A stretch of 64,000 bases of DNA from the human T2T-CHM13v2.0 reference genome, Homo sapiens, in NCBI RefSeq assembly GCF_009914755.1, contig NC_060926.1; one strand, written 5' to 3'. The notes beneath the pieces are model-generated. The model ran no database searches and had not been told where the DNA came from. It saw only the letters and a program-made list of their open reading frames with translations. A program made the position numbers and the translations under genes. This document shows, in pieces, positions 29,997-50,823 of this stretch; position 1 is the stretch's first letter; the number at the start of each line of letters is the position of its first letter.

Positions 29997-30386
29997 TAGA
30001 AATTGGAAATAATCGAAATATCGGTCAACAGGTAAATAAATAAACTGTGGTATATCCATGCAATACAAAATGTGGATTATTGATGTACACAAAATGGGTG
30101 AATGCCAAAATAATTATGCTGAGTAGAAGCACCTCCCCCCACAGTACTTGCTCTGCGATTCCACTCAGATAAAATTCTAGAATATATAAATTAACCTTTA
30201 GTGAGAGGGAGCAGACCAGTGGTTGCCTGAACATGGAGGACACGAGGGACGGTTTAGACCGGGGTGTGAAACTGCTGTTGGTGGTGATGGACATGTTCTG
30301 GCGACAGCTTCACAGGCAAATGCATCGGTCACTTCACGTATGTGCAGTTCATTACCTGTCAGTTACACCTCAACAGAGCTGTTTTA

Positions 30387-30560
<174 letters not shown>

Positions 30561-31538
30561 TTAAAACTCAAAAAGAAACAAAGAAAGAGATAAAAGAGAT
30601 TCAAGAGACAGTGGCAAACACTGAGAACAGCCAATTTAGATTTCAACATACAGATAACAGGGATCCCCACAGAAAAAAGCCAAAGCAAGAAAAATGTAAC
30701 ACTAAACTCCAGTTCAAGCAAATCTTCTTAAAATAACAGATGTGAAGTACACATAGAAAGAGCACACCATACGCTTGCAAATATGGACCAGGACAACCAA
30801 TACCAACACATGACACATTCGAATAAAACGGCCGACTTGACAGAAAAAGGAAAAAATCCTTTGGGCATCTAAGGAAAAACAGCATATGACTGTCAGGGGA
30901 AGAAAACAAGATTCATCAGGCTTTTCATGCATCACTTTATGCTGGAAGAAAACAGAATAAAACAAGATACTCAAAGAAAATCTGGGCCAAGAATTTCGTA
31001 TCCAGCAAAACTGAATTCAACATCAGAAACTCAAGGAATACTGTCCCCAAGATGACACTGACTATAGACTGGTTATGAGACCTGAACACACAGAAATGAG
31101 TCAATGGTGGTAAAAAGGAGCAATTTTTCTGACAACGTAGACACAGTGCTGTTTTCATCATCACAATTAATGCTATGGTATTAGTATTTTTTTTAAATGC
31201 TAAATGCTAAAGAGGAATAAAACAAGTGAGTGATTAAGGGATGGATATTCCATGCCATTGTCCTGTGTCTTGAGAAGCAGGATTCCGAGTGCAGGAGACA
31301 CAGACATCATATAGAGGAGGCTATGTAAAGGCCCCAGGACCCTGAATTTGTATTGGGAATATCAATATAGGCTCAGAAAATATTCTTCCTTTAAATATGT
31401 GTGTGCAATGTTTGTATTTTTTTAAAGCTCCGTCCAAAAATCTAGAAATAATGACCAACGCAATAGCAATGAGCATCCTAAACTGGATCTGAAATACCAT
31501 CTCTACCAGAGACTCTGGGAAAAATAATGGATTCCAAG

Positions 31539-31899
31539 TGTTAAACGGAATTAAGTTTGGCCTAAAACTGCCTCTGTACATAGTGACTTATAACCTCACT
31601 TAATGTATAAGCAAACTGGGACCTGACTTCAGAGTACACTTCTGTAACAAGCAGCAGAGTCTCACCAATCACATGCTGAAGGCTCCCAAAACATGCCTAT
31701 GTGAGGTGGAGGCTGACCTGCAGTCAGTCTGGCCATGTACATGTGTCTTTCCCTTCCTGTGGCTATAAATAAATACAGCCTGCACACAACGCACAGGAGA
31801 ACGTTCTGAACCACTTTTGGTCCTGAGTGCTACCCAGCTGAAGAAACTATTTTCTGCTCAATTAAACTGCTAACTTGTCTAAAGTTTTTCTTTTAAGAC
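31539..31899 (+). mobile_element. MER57-like ERV1 LTR
   Basis: tgttaaa...ttaagtttggcctaaaactgcct...ccaatca...ctataaat...attaaac...gtctaaagtttttcttttaa. Confidence 0.7.
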
Positions 31900-32147
31900 A
31901 GGTTTGGAGCAGAAGCTCTATAAATTGGGCCTAGAGCATCTTGACATGCCAGGCTGCAGGGAGCTATCAATGACTGTGCGTGTGGTCTGTGCACACATGT
32001 ATGCACACATGTGCACACTTATCAAAAGAAAGCAAGAGCCAAGCTGAAGAGGCTCCCTCTCACTGACCGAATAAGCTAGTCTGAGCTAAATAAAGATAAA
32101 AATCACAACGGATTGAAACCCACCAAGTATGCTTAACTCCACAAATT

Positions 32148-32500
<353 letters not shown>

Positions 32501-33283
32501 TAATGCATTATCTTAAAAACTTAGTGTACAAGAGCAAAGAATCAAGCATTTATCCTGCCCTTCCTATATGAACTGTACCACTGGGTAACCAGATAAGTAT
32601 AAAAAAGAAAACACTTTCTTAGAAAACCATTCCAGCTAATAAAGGCAAGCAAAACGACAGAATGAGAATACCACCATTTTGCAACCCCAAATAATTAATG
32701 GATCTTGGCACTGAGCATCAGCTGCCGTCAACATGGTACTTTCCTGAGGAAAGCTCCTAACCGCCTGTTCTCCTGCCAAAGGGATCAAATTTGAGGCTCA
32801 TCAAGCCTCTGGACCCAGCTGCCAATGTGCAGGAAACATAGAGGACCATGCTGAACTACACCATGACCACGTGGTCAGCAAAATCTACACTGTGGGAAGC
32901 CATGGGACAAACAGCCCAGGCTCTTCAACAGATAAACGGCAGGGAAAACAGTGAGGCCGACGGGACTGCAAATGGACACTGAAGTAGATAAAAAAATAAA
33001 CAAAAAAAAGCAGACAAGACTAAACTGCCATCAAAAAACCAAGAAAGTCATTTCTGTAAAAGTCAGGATTACTTGTTGGGGCAAGGAGGGGGAGAAGAAG
33101 AGGGCTGTGGCTGGAGGGGCACTTGGGAGAGCCTCCTGGGGTATCTGGCAAAGTACTATTTCTTCACCAGGTGGTGGACACAAAGGTTATTCACCTTACA
33201 ATCATAATCATTCAATAAGCTATACATTTGTTTTGTGTCACTTCCTGTATGTTTTTATAATAAAAAGGTTTAAAACTAAATAA

Positions 33284-33646
<363 letters not shown>

Positions 33647-33676
33647 TAACGAAAGAGCCAAATAAATTTTTGAAAG

Positions 33677-33682
33677 TTTATT
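33677..33682 (-). terminator. Candidate proximal RNASEH1 poly(A) signal (another at 34127-34132)
   Basis: Minus-strand AATAAA about 630 nt (and about 180 nt) after the stop codon. Confidence 0.55.
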
Positions 33683-34313
33683 TATGCTTCTTGGTCTTTA
33701 TGAGTCGCAGCTGTTCCTAGAGAATGGCCTAGCAGCCAGGGTCGCCGCAGGCAGGCTTTGCCCTATACTAACTGCCCAGCAAGCAGGCACATGGGGCTGA
33801 GACCCAGCACACATCCTGCCCACTGAGCTGTCCGCCCAGGCCCTGGGCAGCATGTTCCTTTAATGTACCCATGGGCACAAGTCACCTATACAAGCAGGAG
33901 ACTCAAACCTGTCAACTGGACGGTAAATGGATGCTTTCAGAATACTTCCAGACTTCTGAGTTGCATCTTTTAACCAATGGTTTTTTGATTTCTTATCAAA
34001 ATATAAGCCACAGCATTTTAGGCCATTTGCCTTGCTTGCCTGCAATAAAACAAGCAAGGACAGTATTGAACCCAGTAAACATAATGTGGAAATCTCACAT
34101 AATTCTCCAATCTCAAAGATGTTCAATTTATTATATACTTAACCATTTTTTATAAACACATGTCACAGAAGGCCACTGTGCCTGATTCCGTGTGAAAGAC
34201 GCATCTGCCCATCACTGCAATGGTCCTACCTGCAGGCTATTTTCCACACCAGTAAGTACAGGCAGCAAGACAGCCGCTGGCTCAAGTTCTCCCAAGGACT
34301 AAAGTCACATGGC

Positions 34314-34400
34314 TCAGTCTTCCGATTGTTTAGCTCCTTCTCTGGCTAATCTGTCAGCTTCTTCATTGCCTATAAATCCCGAATGACCAGGAACATGCAT
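34314..34400 (-). CDS. RNASEH1: Ribonuclease H1 exon 8 (MHVPGHSGFIGNEEADRLAREGAKQSED*)
   Basis: aacag acceptor, 87 nt ending in TGA; conserved HVPGH..GNEEAD motif. Confidence 0.97.
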   Translation of the reverse strand: MHVPGHSGFIGNEEADRLAREGAKQSED

Positions 34401-35234
34401 CTGTTAAGATAAATGTTTTCCTTTTATTTTTACTCATCTTTACATAAGCAACACATGACTATATTGTCATCATAAAAAACCATTCAGAACAGACTGCACA
34501 GCATAAGCTCAACTTCAACGCTCCTCTCCCCAGACATGATCCTCAACAGCACGCTGTCCATTCTTCATGCGTTTACGCAATGGATGTGATTTACGAACAT
34601 TCCATTTTGTTTTTTCACAAATTGGATTTTACCGTTCATGTTGCTATTTCCTCCCCACTTATCAATGGGACTTGATAAGCTTTCCAGGCAAAACACATGT
34701 ATGTACAGATGGGTGGACGGATATGTATGCAACACACACACACGCTTCCCTTGCAGTGCTGTCAGAAATAATGTACTTATTTAACCACTGTTTACATTTA
34801 TGTTGCCAAAGCAAATTTACACATCAGGCTACCAAACTATTATCAGTGGTTCCAGGAAGGCAGAACAAGGCAGGGTTGAGACAGTGGCTGCAGTGTAATT
34901 TGTTCTCTATTGCTTGAAAAAAACTTTTTAATAAACATGATCTATGATTTTAAAAAGTGCTTCCATCTTGGAATAAAAGTTCTATTACCAAGGCTTTAAT
35001 CATACAACCTTACTATTGTTTGAAACAAAATACACTGATAGTTTTATTTAACATTATGATGCATTCCAAAGAAATGAACAGGGTGACATACAGCTGTCAT
35101 AGTAATGCCATGTGCCCAGGTTGGGTGTTACTTCGTGTTCTTAACAAAATATAAGGATTGTAGAACATCCCTCAAACCACACTGCCTGTGTATTCTATGC
35201 CTAGTGACACTCTCACTAGAATTGTATTACTTGT

Positions 35235-35654
35235 GGTTGCAGCGAGCCGAGATTGCGCCACTGCACTCCAGCCTGGGCAACAGTGCGAGACTCCATCTCA
35301 AAACAATAAATAAAAGTTTGACATGATTATTGATTTAGTTGTAAACCTTTTTGTCATAAAACAAAAACATATAGGAAGTGACACAAAACAAATGTAATCC
35401 CAGCACTTTGAGAGGCCAAGGCAGGTGGAATGTTTGAGATCAAGAGTTCAAGACCAGCCTGGGTAACATGACAAAACTCCATCGCTACTAAAAATACAAA
35501 AATTAGCCAGGCGTGGTGGCATATGCCTGTAATCCCAGATACTTGGGAGGCTGAGGCACGAGAATCACTTGAACCCAGAAGGCAGAGGTTGCAATGAGAT
35601 CACGCCATAGCCTGGGGTGACAGAGTGAGACCTGTCTCAAAAACCAAACCAAAA
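35235..35654 (+). mobile_element. Composite insertion: Alu 3' fragment + ~80 bp unique spacer + 5'-truncated Alu, flanked by one TSD
   Basis: aattgtattacttgt (35220-35234) and aactgtattacttgt (35655-35669). Confidence 0.7.
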
Positions 35655-35707
35655 AACTGTATTACTTGTATGATAAGGAAAATAATCAAATTTGTGTATG
35701 TGGGTGG

Positions 35708-36315
<608 letters not shown>

Positions 36316-36423
36316 TCAAATACGTTGTAATATACATTATGATATTAATATCATGGAAATTGTTATGTCATTAAACCACTTACATAAACCATTAATCTCT
36401 AGTAAACTTAGCTTATTTGGTCA

Positions 36424-36600
<177 letters not shown>

Positions 36601-37112
36601 TCACTGGTGAGTCAATCTTGAGTGTCCTGCCTTTTTCACCTCCTTAGTCTTACCTCTTATAATTGATCCCACTTGTATTCTGAGTCACCATCCTTGACTC
36701 TTCACTTCCTTAGCTGGCCTTAGTTGCTTTGGCCTTTGGCACAGCCTGAAATACCCTCCTCTCTTCCCTTTCCCCTAACTTGTATTCTACCTACAGCTGT
36801 CAGCTTAAGATGTCATTTCTCCCAGGAGCCTTCCCCAGCCTCGTAAGCATCCCCTACATGCTCCTATTCAGGGCATTTCCCAAAGAAGCAGTCAACACGC
36901 CATCTTAAGTGACTTATACACACACAGACTAGAAGTAAGAGCCACTTCCACTTCTGACTGCATCTCCAGTGCCTGGCAAAGAAATAAGCATGTGGAAAAC
37001 ATCAGAGCAGCAGAAGGGAGACTCCAAAATCCTCACTCTTTGCTCGGTACCTGACAAACCAATGTCATCCCCCCGTTCCCATTTGGGTCCTGCCCTGTTA
37101 CAACACCTCCTA

Positions 37113-37274
<162 letters not shown>

Positions 37275-37586
37275 TCATGCTACAGAAAATGTTCAACTCT
37301 GACATTACTAAAGTTCAAAAGTACTTCGAAATTGAAACATCCCCTCTGTACTGATTATATTCTCTGTATGAAACACTACTATACATACAATTCTCCTGTG
37401 TAGACATCTATTTGAAATAAGTTTTTAGAATTTTTCTACAAAATTCCTATTTTTCAAAATTGTTATTAAACCCGTCTCTCTTCAAATATCTTATATGTAT
37501 AGGTAGAAAAAAAAAGAATTAGTTTATTTGATAATTTCATACTCAATGCTCAAAAAAGAGAGGCTTAAACGTATCTGATAACTTAC

Positions 37587-37641
37587 ATGAATTTCCGCTC
37601 TTTGGTTTGTCTGCCGCCCAGGAAGTCTAATGCCTACATTT
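37587..37641 (-). CDS. RNASEH1: Ribonuclease H1 exon 5 (NVGIRLPGRQTNQRAEIH)
   Basis: 55 nt, cag/gtaagt; TNQRAE catalytic motif. Confidence 0.97.
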
Positions 37642-38076
37642 CTGTTTCAAAACAGTACAAAAGAAAATAAAAGTATAAAGTGAATTCTCAAAGTGATTCT
37701 TCTTAATGGATAACGATAAACTAGTGTGTATTCTTATTTGAAATATAAAAGCATCATATAAAAATCAAACTAACAGACTCCCAGCAGAGAGCAGCACACA
37801 GGTTTCCACACTTGGGCACCTTCTGACTCTCATGGGTTCCACTAGGGCAAAGGAAGTAAAAGCTGGTTCTCTGCGGACCCTGGGTTAGGCCCTATGGCTG
37901 CAGCAGAAAGAATCCCAGGAGAAAACTCGGGAAGAAGAATGGAGAGAGTGAGACTTCAGACTGAAACTACTAAAAACCTCCAGGAAGTAAAAGAGGAAAA
38001 TGAAATCAAGGAACCAGAAAAACCCTTAGACAAGTTATTTAAAATTTGGGGTCACCAGGAGATCCAGAGTTTCCTA

Positions 38077-38797
<721 letters not shown>

Positions 38798-38900
38798 TTA
38801 TCTGCAGGTTTTCCCAATAATCAAACAATGAGCAGATCCCGCCTCATCTTTTCACAAGTTGTGGAACATGATTCAGTAAAACTCAGCTTCGTTTAACTTA

Positions 38901-39059
<159 letters not shown>

Positions 39060-40616
39060 TCAAAAATCCACTAGGTCGACTTAGCATTTTAAACCGAGAG
39101 GGTATTTTACAACGCTGCAGACGTTTTCTCTCTAGGAAAACATGCTCCATTCCTTACAAGGGGGCACCTAACATTTATGCTTGGAATCCACTTACATTTT
39201 GATCTTGCAGGCCAGGCAAGTTCGGGGTGAAGGCAATCACCTTGTAAAACTAGAGCCTGCTGCAGTAAAAACTACTGTTCACATCCCACACTGTGGGTTC
39301 AGAGGACAATGGCGCTGTCTCCACGGCAGGGTCACCTTCACTCCCAGGGAGCCATCCTCCAGAGACGAGCAGCGCCTCAGCATGACGGTGACCCTGCCTG
39401 CCAGAGGGCCCAGTCTCCTGACCAGTGCTGGTCTAATTTCTTCCCTGGCATATTTGCTGCTAGTTAAGTGTGGTTCCCGTCTTTGCTTCTTTCCCTCTAG
39501 ATAGAGGGTATGATTGACACACAAAGGCTGTAAAGAACAAGGTAAAAAAGGACTGACGGGGGCATTCTCAGGCCACTGGTGACCAGGACACTTCAGTAGT
39601 GTGGTGGGATCAGAGGTCAGGTTGCACAGTGTTAAAAGAGCTGGGCGAGAGGGCAAATAGAGGTGGTACGCGCAGGAAGTGGAAGTACTTGTCCGAAGGA
39701 CGGCAGACTGAGCTCAGCAGTGGCGAAGGGGCAAAGATGGGGATGTGCTCCTCACAGGAGCGGGGCTGAGAGCCAAGGGGAGTGTGGGTGTTGGGCAGGG
39801 CTCCTCCGTTCAGCTGGAACTTAACTGTATCAGCATGACTACAAGCTTCCCACCCAGCCACTGAACTGTCTCAGGAGCCAGCACCTGCTATCCGCCATGT
39901 TCCAGGCCACCAAGCCTCCAGCAATGGTCAGTGTCTGGAAACGGCTCATCTCCCTGCAACTCCACAAATCTTTGCTTCAATTCCTACTAGTAAATCACCA
40001 AATAAAGAATACTTGTTTGATCTTTTTTTACGTAACTGCAAAACATATCTATAAATAATACAGCTTGGCAAAACATTTTCTACTGGTTTCCCTTGAATTA
40101 AATTAGAACCTATAAATATACTGATTTATATTTTTTAATGCTTATTTCTACTTTCTGCTCATATGTGTAAAAGACACAAAGGAGAATTCTATTCTGTGAG
40201 TCACTAAATACATAACTGATTCCTGGAGTGAAAGGTAGCAGAAAAGTTCACTACTACCTTGCTTCTCAGGATAAAATAGAATCTCTTGTTTTCCAAAGAT
40301 TGAATATGAAAGGTTAAAATGCTGGTGCTAATCAATTATAACAAGCAGCTGCGTGTGAGGTGTTATTTGAAAAAGCTGGAGTCTTCGCATTTCATCTTAA
40401 CGTTAAGTACTGCATGCACAGGGAATACTAGTATTTCAAAAGATTACAGTTGTTCATTTACATGTAAGGGTTTTCCTAAGAACATCCAAAAGTTTAATTC
40501 TGCACTACTTGATTATAAATAATGGCCTTAGTGATTTCTAAATAATCTTTACACATAAGAATGAAGATGATAAACACCAGCTCAAACTCCCCCCATCAAG
40601 TGGGAAACACCTTTTA

Positions 40617-40916
<300 letters not shown>

Positions 40917-40990
40917 TTATTTAGTATCATTAAATCAGACTTAAAAACACCCTCTCTATGTGGCCCTACAACGAGGGAAACGAGGGAATG

Positions 40991-41183
40991 ACCCCCTCCA
41001 CGCCATCTCCACCCCCTCCACGCCATCTCCACCCCCTCCACACCACCTCCACCCCCTCCACACCACCTCCACCCCCTCCCCTCCACACCACCACCACCCC
41101 CTCCCCTCCACACCACCACCACCCCCTCCCCTCCACACCACCTCCACCCCCTCCACAGCATCTCAATCCCCTCCACAGCATCT
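40991..41183. repeat. C-rich (minus strand G-rich) ~20-bp tandem repeat ACCCCCTCCACACCACCTCC
   Basis: Direct inspection. Confidence 0.9.
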
Positions 41184-41530
41184 CAAGGGGCTCTTTCTCC
41201 AGGAAAAACATGGCCCAAAATTGTGTATATAACATCAGTGGTGTTGCTGGGCGCAGTGGTGTGTGCCTATAGTTCCAGCTACTCGGGAGGCTGACATACG
41301 AGTATCGCTTGAGCCCGGGTTTGAATCCAACCCGGCCAACATAGTGAGACCCCTTTGCTTAAAAATAGATAAATCTAAAAAAAGATGAGTTGTGTCCATG
41401 GTTCAGCCTCTCCCTGCCTCAAATACAACTACATGGACACGAAGTTAAGAACCCCTAGGAGGGCTCAGAGGGTGCAGGTTCATCTAGCTTGAATAAACAG
41501 ATAATGGGACATATTAAGAAAGGAAAACAG

Positions 41531-42218
<688 letters not shown>

Positions 42219-43412
42219 CAAAGAGATTCTTAATACCACCTCAGGGTTATCTGGGAAGGGCCCATATCTCACTCACTGGGTAATACTATGGCAGCTGAAG
42301 TAGAACAGCTAAATTAGACCAGGACTCAAAAAACCAGTTTCAATTTGTGCTATACCTTTTATCAGCTGCGAACTCCGTCAACTGAATTAAACCCTCTGGG
42401 CTTCTGTAAAACGAGGCCCTGGGCTAGATGATCTCAAACGACTTTTCCTTACATGGAGTGAAAATAAGGACACAGGAGCAACCAACTACCTGCAAACTAA
42501 CAACCCTAACCCAACACTACAGGATTCACCTCCAGCTCTCAACTCCTAAACCAGGGATGGAGAAATGGGGCACGAACATCACAGAACGCCTACTAGAAAG
42601 GAACAAGAAAATGTCCAGCCTAGTGGAGCTTCTCAACCCACACCTCTCGGAACCCTAAGGGCGCCGGGCAACACTTGACTGTGATCAGCACGACGTCAGC
42701 AACAGCTGGCGTTTCCACTGCCACATTTTGTTTTCACACACTCATCTCCAAAACGTTCCTCTAGGTACTCTACTGAAGTAAATGCAGATACTGTGGTCCA
42801 GGTTAAAGTGTCATTTTGTAGAACCTTAACACGGATATAAACACTGGTTTTACTTACTATAACAGAGATGGACACTTTACAGAACAGATAAGACTTGGAG
42901 GAAAAAAACACACTTGTCAGTTAAGTTTTACTTCACAAAATTGTGGTTTTTAAGTAAATTAACCTTAAATCAGCTTATATAAACCATAAGAACCAGTAAA
43001 TAGCTCAATAATTCTAAAATAAGGATAAATGTAATGTTAAAAAACAAAAAACTGTAAAAGGGGCTAAGACTTTTTGATACAGATCTGAATCATTAAAGGC
43101 ACTAAATCTCAATTTATAGACGTAAGTCACTGACTAGGAGGTCTCTAAAGTTTAAAGAAGTAGATTCAAAAGAACTAGCTTGCTTTAAGAGTCAGAGTAC
43201 TTAATAAAAACAGAAACATACTTATATTGGAAGACTTGAGATACAAATAAATTACTGATTGGTTAAAAACAAAAAATTTGTGAAAAGGAAAACTGAAAAG
43301 GAAAATTAAGAAAAGGAAGTATCAGGAACCCAGCAAAGAAGGAAAGAGCCATATTTTCAAACCTGCTTTCTGTCTCAAACTGATTTTTCCATCTGGGTAG
43401 AAAAATGAACAG

Positions 43413-43900
43413 CTGTAACAGCGAGGAGGCGGCTCAGCATTACTGCCTCCATTCTCCCTTAACATCCCCATAGTGGTATCGTATAGGCCGAGTGAACTAT
43501 GGGAAGAATTTATAGTTTAAAGCAAGGATGACAGTGGTCCGTTCCCAAAACTAACCCCCAAGGAGATAAAGAGGGAGTACACACAAATAACAATGTTATG
43601 TTGAAGACTTATAGGAGGAGCATCATGGCCTGACCAAGGACAGAGAAGTTTCACAATCCCCTTGGACCCTCGCTGCCATCCAGATGTCTGTGCTCATCGG
43701 TCTCCTCCTGATCTCACCTCCGCCTTTCTTTCCCCTTCCCTTAACATAAAAGAAGTCTCAAGTTCTATTAACTTAAGATGGTTCTTCAGGACACTAGTCC
43801 ACCATCTTCTTGACTTGCTGGCTCTCGGAAAAAAGTCGCCTTCCTTGCCCCAACACCTTGTCTCTCAGCTTATTGGCTGTCATGCAGTAAGCAGTAAGAA
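43413..43900 (+). mobile_element. ERV1 LTR (LTR8/LTR26-like)
   Basis: aactatgggaagaatttatagttta...ttcccaaaactaaccccc...ccttccttgccccaacacct...ttattggctgtc. Confidence 0.55.
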
Positions 43901-44417
43901 CTGTCACATCGATGAGCCTTTTTCACGTGTCCTCATTCTCAAACAGAATCTCCTTTAAAAGCTATTGAAGAGAGAGAGGGTGAAGCAGATGCACTGAGTG
44001 AGGGTCGACCCTGCTTTGCAAACTAACTCTTCAGGGATCCATTCTGGACACAACCTGCCTCGCTCTGAATTGTGCTTTGTCCAGGATTGTTACGATGATT
44101 CGAAGGAGCAGTTGTTCAGGTTCAAGCATCTCAGTGGCCTCTAGAGAGGCTGTTCAAGATAAGGTAATTAAAACTATGCTCTGCTCAGTCTTAATTTGCT
44201 ATAGTAAAAAGTTTGTAAGTAACATTCACGTAAGATCACCTCCTCAGTGTAGATCCAGAAATATTTTTAAAATCTTGTGCTCTAAAGTCGTCACCCTGCT
44301 CATCTGAGTCTGCATAATGGGCTTTAAACTTCCAATTATATTGGGAATTAATCTTATATTGGGCTTTAAACTTTGAATAACCGTACTTTCTATAACACAT
44401 AAAATTGGAAGAAATTG

Positions 44418-45050
<633 letters not shown>

Positions 45051-45221
45051 AAGTATTTTTTTAAAAAAAGACAAGGAATTATGGCATAAAAGGCTGAATG
45101 GAACAGGAGAGCTGAGTCCTGGCTTATCCCTAATACTGTAAGTAATATGAACCACTATTTGTAACTGCTTTCAGTCTGTTCCCTAATTTGTAAAATGAAA
45201 ACAATCACACGAGGTTCCCTA

Positions 45222-45470
<249 letters not shown>

Positions 45471-45514
45471 CTAACTTATCCCCTTTTTTATTGAGATTCT
45501 TAAGGTTGGAAATA

Positions 45515-45812
45515 CAGTTGTCCCTTGGTATCTGAGGGAGACTGATTCCAGGAAGTCCTCCACCCCATCACAGATACCAACATCAGAGGATGCTTAAGTC
45601 CTTTGCATAAAATGGTGTATTTGCAAATAACCCACACACATCTTCTTGCATGCTTTAAATCATCTCTAGTTTATAATACCTAATACAATCTATATAGTTG
45701 TATTGTCTTTTTATGCGTATTTTAAAACTGTATTCTATTTTAATTTTTTCCAAATATTTTTGATCTATGGTTAGCTGAAACTGAGGATGCAAACTGGATA
45801 TAGAGGACCAAT
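45515..45812 (+). mobile_element. MER2 (Tigger-derived) DNA transposon
   Basis: cagttgtcccttggtatc...gatacc...ataaaatgg...tttaaatcatctctag...ggata. Confidence 0.75.
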
Positions 45813-46659
45813 TTTTGCGTGAAAAGGGCAGAGTCGCACCTTATAGTTTTATCCTGCACGTCAGACTCTACACCTGTGTTCTACTGTATGCCAGCCAGCC
45901 AGCACACCAGCACCATAAGGCTTTCGTCAAACTCAAAGCATAACAAAATACTGCGGTCTTTGAAAAAAATATTAACCATTTCTTTACAACAAAAAGGTCA
46001 ACTTCTGAGATGCTTCTTCCTCAATACTGTAGCTGCCGTGCATGGGGAAACACAGGTAACGAACTTTGGTATCTTGTAGTGGGAAGAGTTCTGGTGGTAC
46101 AGTCAGAACAGCTGGGCTCAAGTCCTTTCTCTGTCAGTTACATGCCCTGGGAACTTCCTGACCCCAAGAACTATACCTGAAAGTGAGAATAATCCCTCTC
46201 ACCTCCAAGGGTTGTTACAAGGATCCAACTGCAAATACTGGCTTATTAGAATTTGCCTTTTTTAAAAGGGAAGATTAGGTACTGAGTTCCAATCCCAATT
46301 TAGCTGGTACGGAAAGTCTTCTGGTAACGGGGGTTCGTTCTGATTACGTGTCACTTTTTGTTGCACTTTAACTGCAACAAAGATGGAGGATTAAACACAG
46401 GGTTTGTTAGGCCACCCCTAACCTTTACGCGACGTTTCTGATATTTCAAACAAGTCTTCGGTGCGTTCCAGTCCCAGGCCATGAGCCTCCTGGAACCCCG
46501 CCGGCCGAGCAGGAAAACGAGGCGGTCCCCCGACCACCCACAGCCACAGCGCGCGGCACAGACTCGGACCGCCAGGCTCCCGCCGCCGGGGTTAGCCGGG
46601 CTCCGGCCTCCCTCGACCCCGATGCCGGCAGGGAGGCGCCTCGGCGGGCGGGCCACTCA

Positions 46660-46814
<155 letters not shown>

Positions 46815-47604
46815 TTCGACTCCCGGCCCAGCGTGGGCGCGAGCCGCCGGCGCTCAACACCGCACTTCCGTCACCGGCGCGGGAAGATGACGCACGTCTG
46901 GGCGGAGTCCTGATGGGGGCCGGGGCCTAGGGAGGGGCGGTGTCGTAGGGCGGAGCCCGGAGCTCGGCCCCTGACGAGCCCGAACTCGTCAACTTCCTGT
47001 CGGTACTTGAAGAAGCGGAGCCAGGGCTGAGATCCCGAAGGCGGGCGAGGTCTGGGATGGGGCGGGGCCTATGGGAGCGGGGCTGAAGCCCTGGGCCCGG
47101 CAGAGGAAGGTCGAGATGGACCATGTTGGGCCCCTTCTCTCCCCGCCCCCAGGCCGCAGTTCGGGGGCCACGCCCCGGCGTGCTCGGGTCACCGCGGGAA
47201 GCCCTTGAACCCCCTGGCGCCCGGCACCCACGTGCGGTAACCGCGGCTCCTCGAGAGCTCCAGGGATGCGGATCTACAGTAAGGGCTGTGGCCAGATGAA
47301 TGAATGCACATTTTTTAGTGGGCAGAAAGATGTTAGAATTCATGAATTAGAATAAGCACAAAGGAGGGCGAGAGGGGAGGCCGTGGAAGCCGCATTCCTC
47401 CCCTTGCCTTGGGCGCCCACCCCCGAAGGGGCGCGTCCCCTCCCTGCTCCACTGCACGTGGGTGTTTAACCAGGGGATATCCAGTGCCTCAAGCACCACG
47501 ACCCGGGAGAAAACTGAGTTGAGAAGGTAACTTTTAGAATTCTCCCCATTTGACCTTTTGCTCTGTAAGCAAATCAAGTAATTTTAAAAGTCTTCATGGG
47601 TTGG

Positions 47605-49482
<1,878 letters not shown>

Positions 49483-50034
49483 TGACTGGTTACTCCTGAA
49501 AATCTTTTTTTATCTTAATCTCTGGCTCATAGAAATATAGGACATTTCTTATCCTGAGCAAACACTGGATCAGAAATCAGAAGATGAGTGTATATGTGGT
49601 CTCAGTCACTTAGCTCCTTTGAAACTTAATTTTCTCTACTGAAAAAAAAAAATGGGAGTGATAATTCCCACTGCAAAAGGCTTTTGTTTTGAGGATGAGA
49701 TTTTAGATGAAATAATAAATGTATGCATAGCCTATTCCTGACACATGACATAAACTCAAATAAAAGTCACTATTGCCATTATCTATTATACTCTGTAAAT
49801 TAGGAATAACAAAACCATTTCTGCTTATTTCTCAGGGTCCATTCAAGAATTGTGCCCACAATATACCAGGCACTTGTCCAGACCTGCATCGTCCAATGCC
49901 CACCTCGACCTCCCAAAGTGTTGGGATTAGAGGCGTGAGCCACCGCGCCCTGCCTGCATGTGGCTATTGAGATGTGCTGTATGATACACACCGGACTTTG
50001 AAGACTCAGTGTGAAAAATAAAAAGAATTTTAAG

Positions 50035-50215
50035 AGGGGTGGGGGTCGAGGGGAGGCAGAGCAGTAGGACAAATAGCTAATGCACGCAGGGCTTAAAACC
50101 TAGACAACAGGTTGATGGGTGCAGCAAACCACCATGACACATGTTTATCTATATAGCACCTACATGTTCTGCACTTGTATCCTGGAACTTAAAATTAGAA
50201 AAAAAAATAATAAAA
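50035..50215 (+). mobile_element. Short L1PA 3' end inside a MER3-like element (about 49960-50730, also containing AluS 50339-50635)
   Basis: gttgatgggtgcagcaaaccaccatg...gcacttgtatcctggaacttaaa plus A-tail. Confidence 0.75.
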
Positions 50216-50343
50216 GCCAACATGGCATTCATTACTGCCAAAAAAATTAAAACACATTGTTAATTTTGTATATTGATTACAGGTTGAACTGATAATATTT
50301 TGAATATATTGGGTTAAAGAAATACATTTAAAATTAGTGGCTA

Positions 50344-50823
<480 letters not shown>

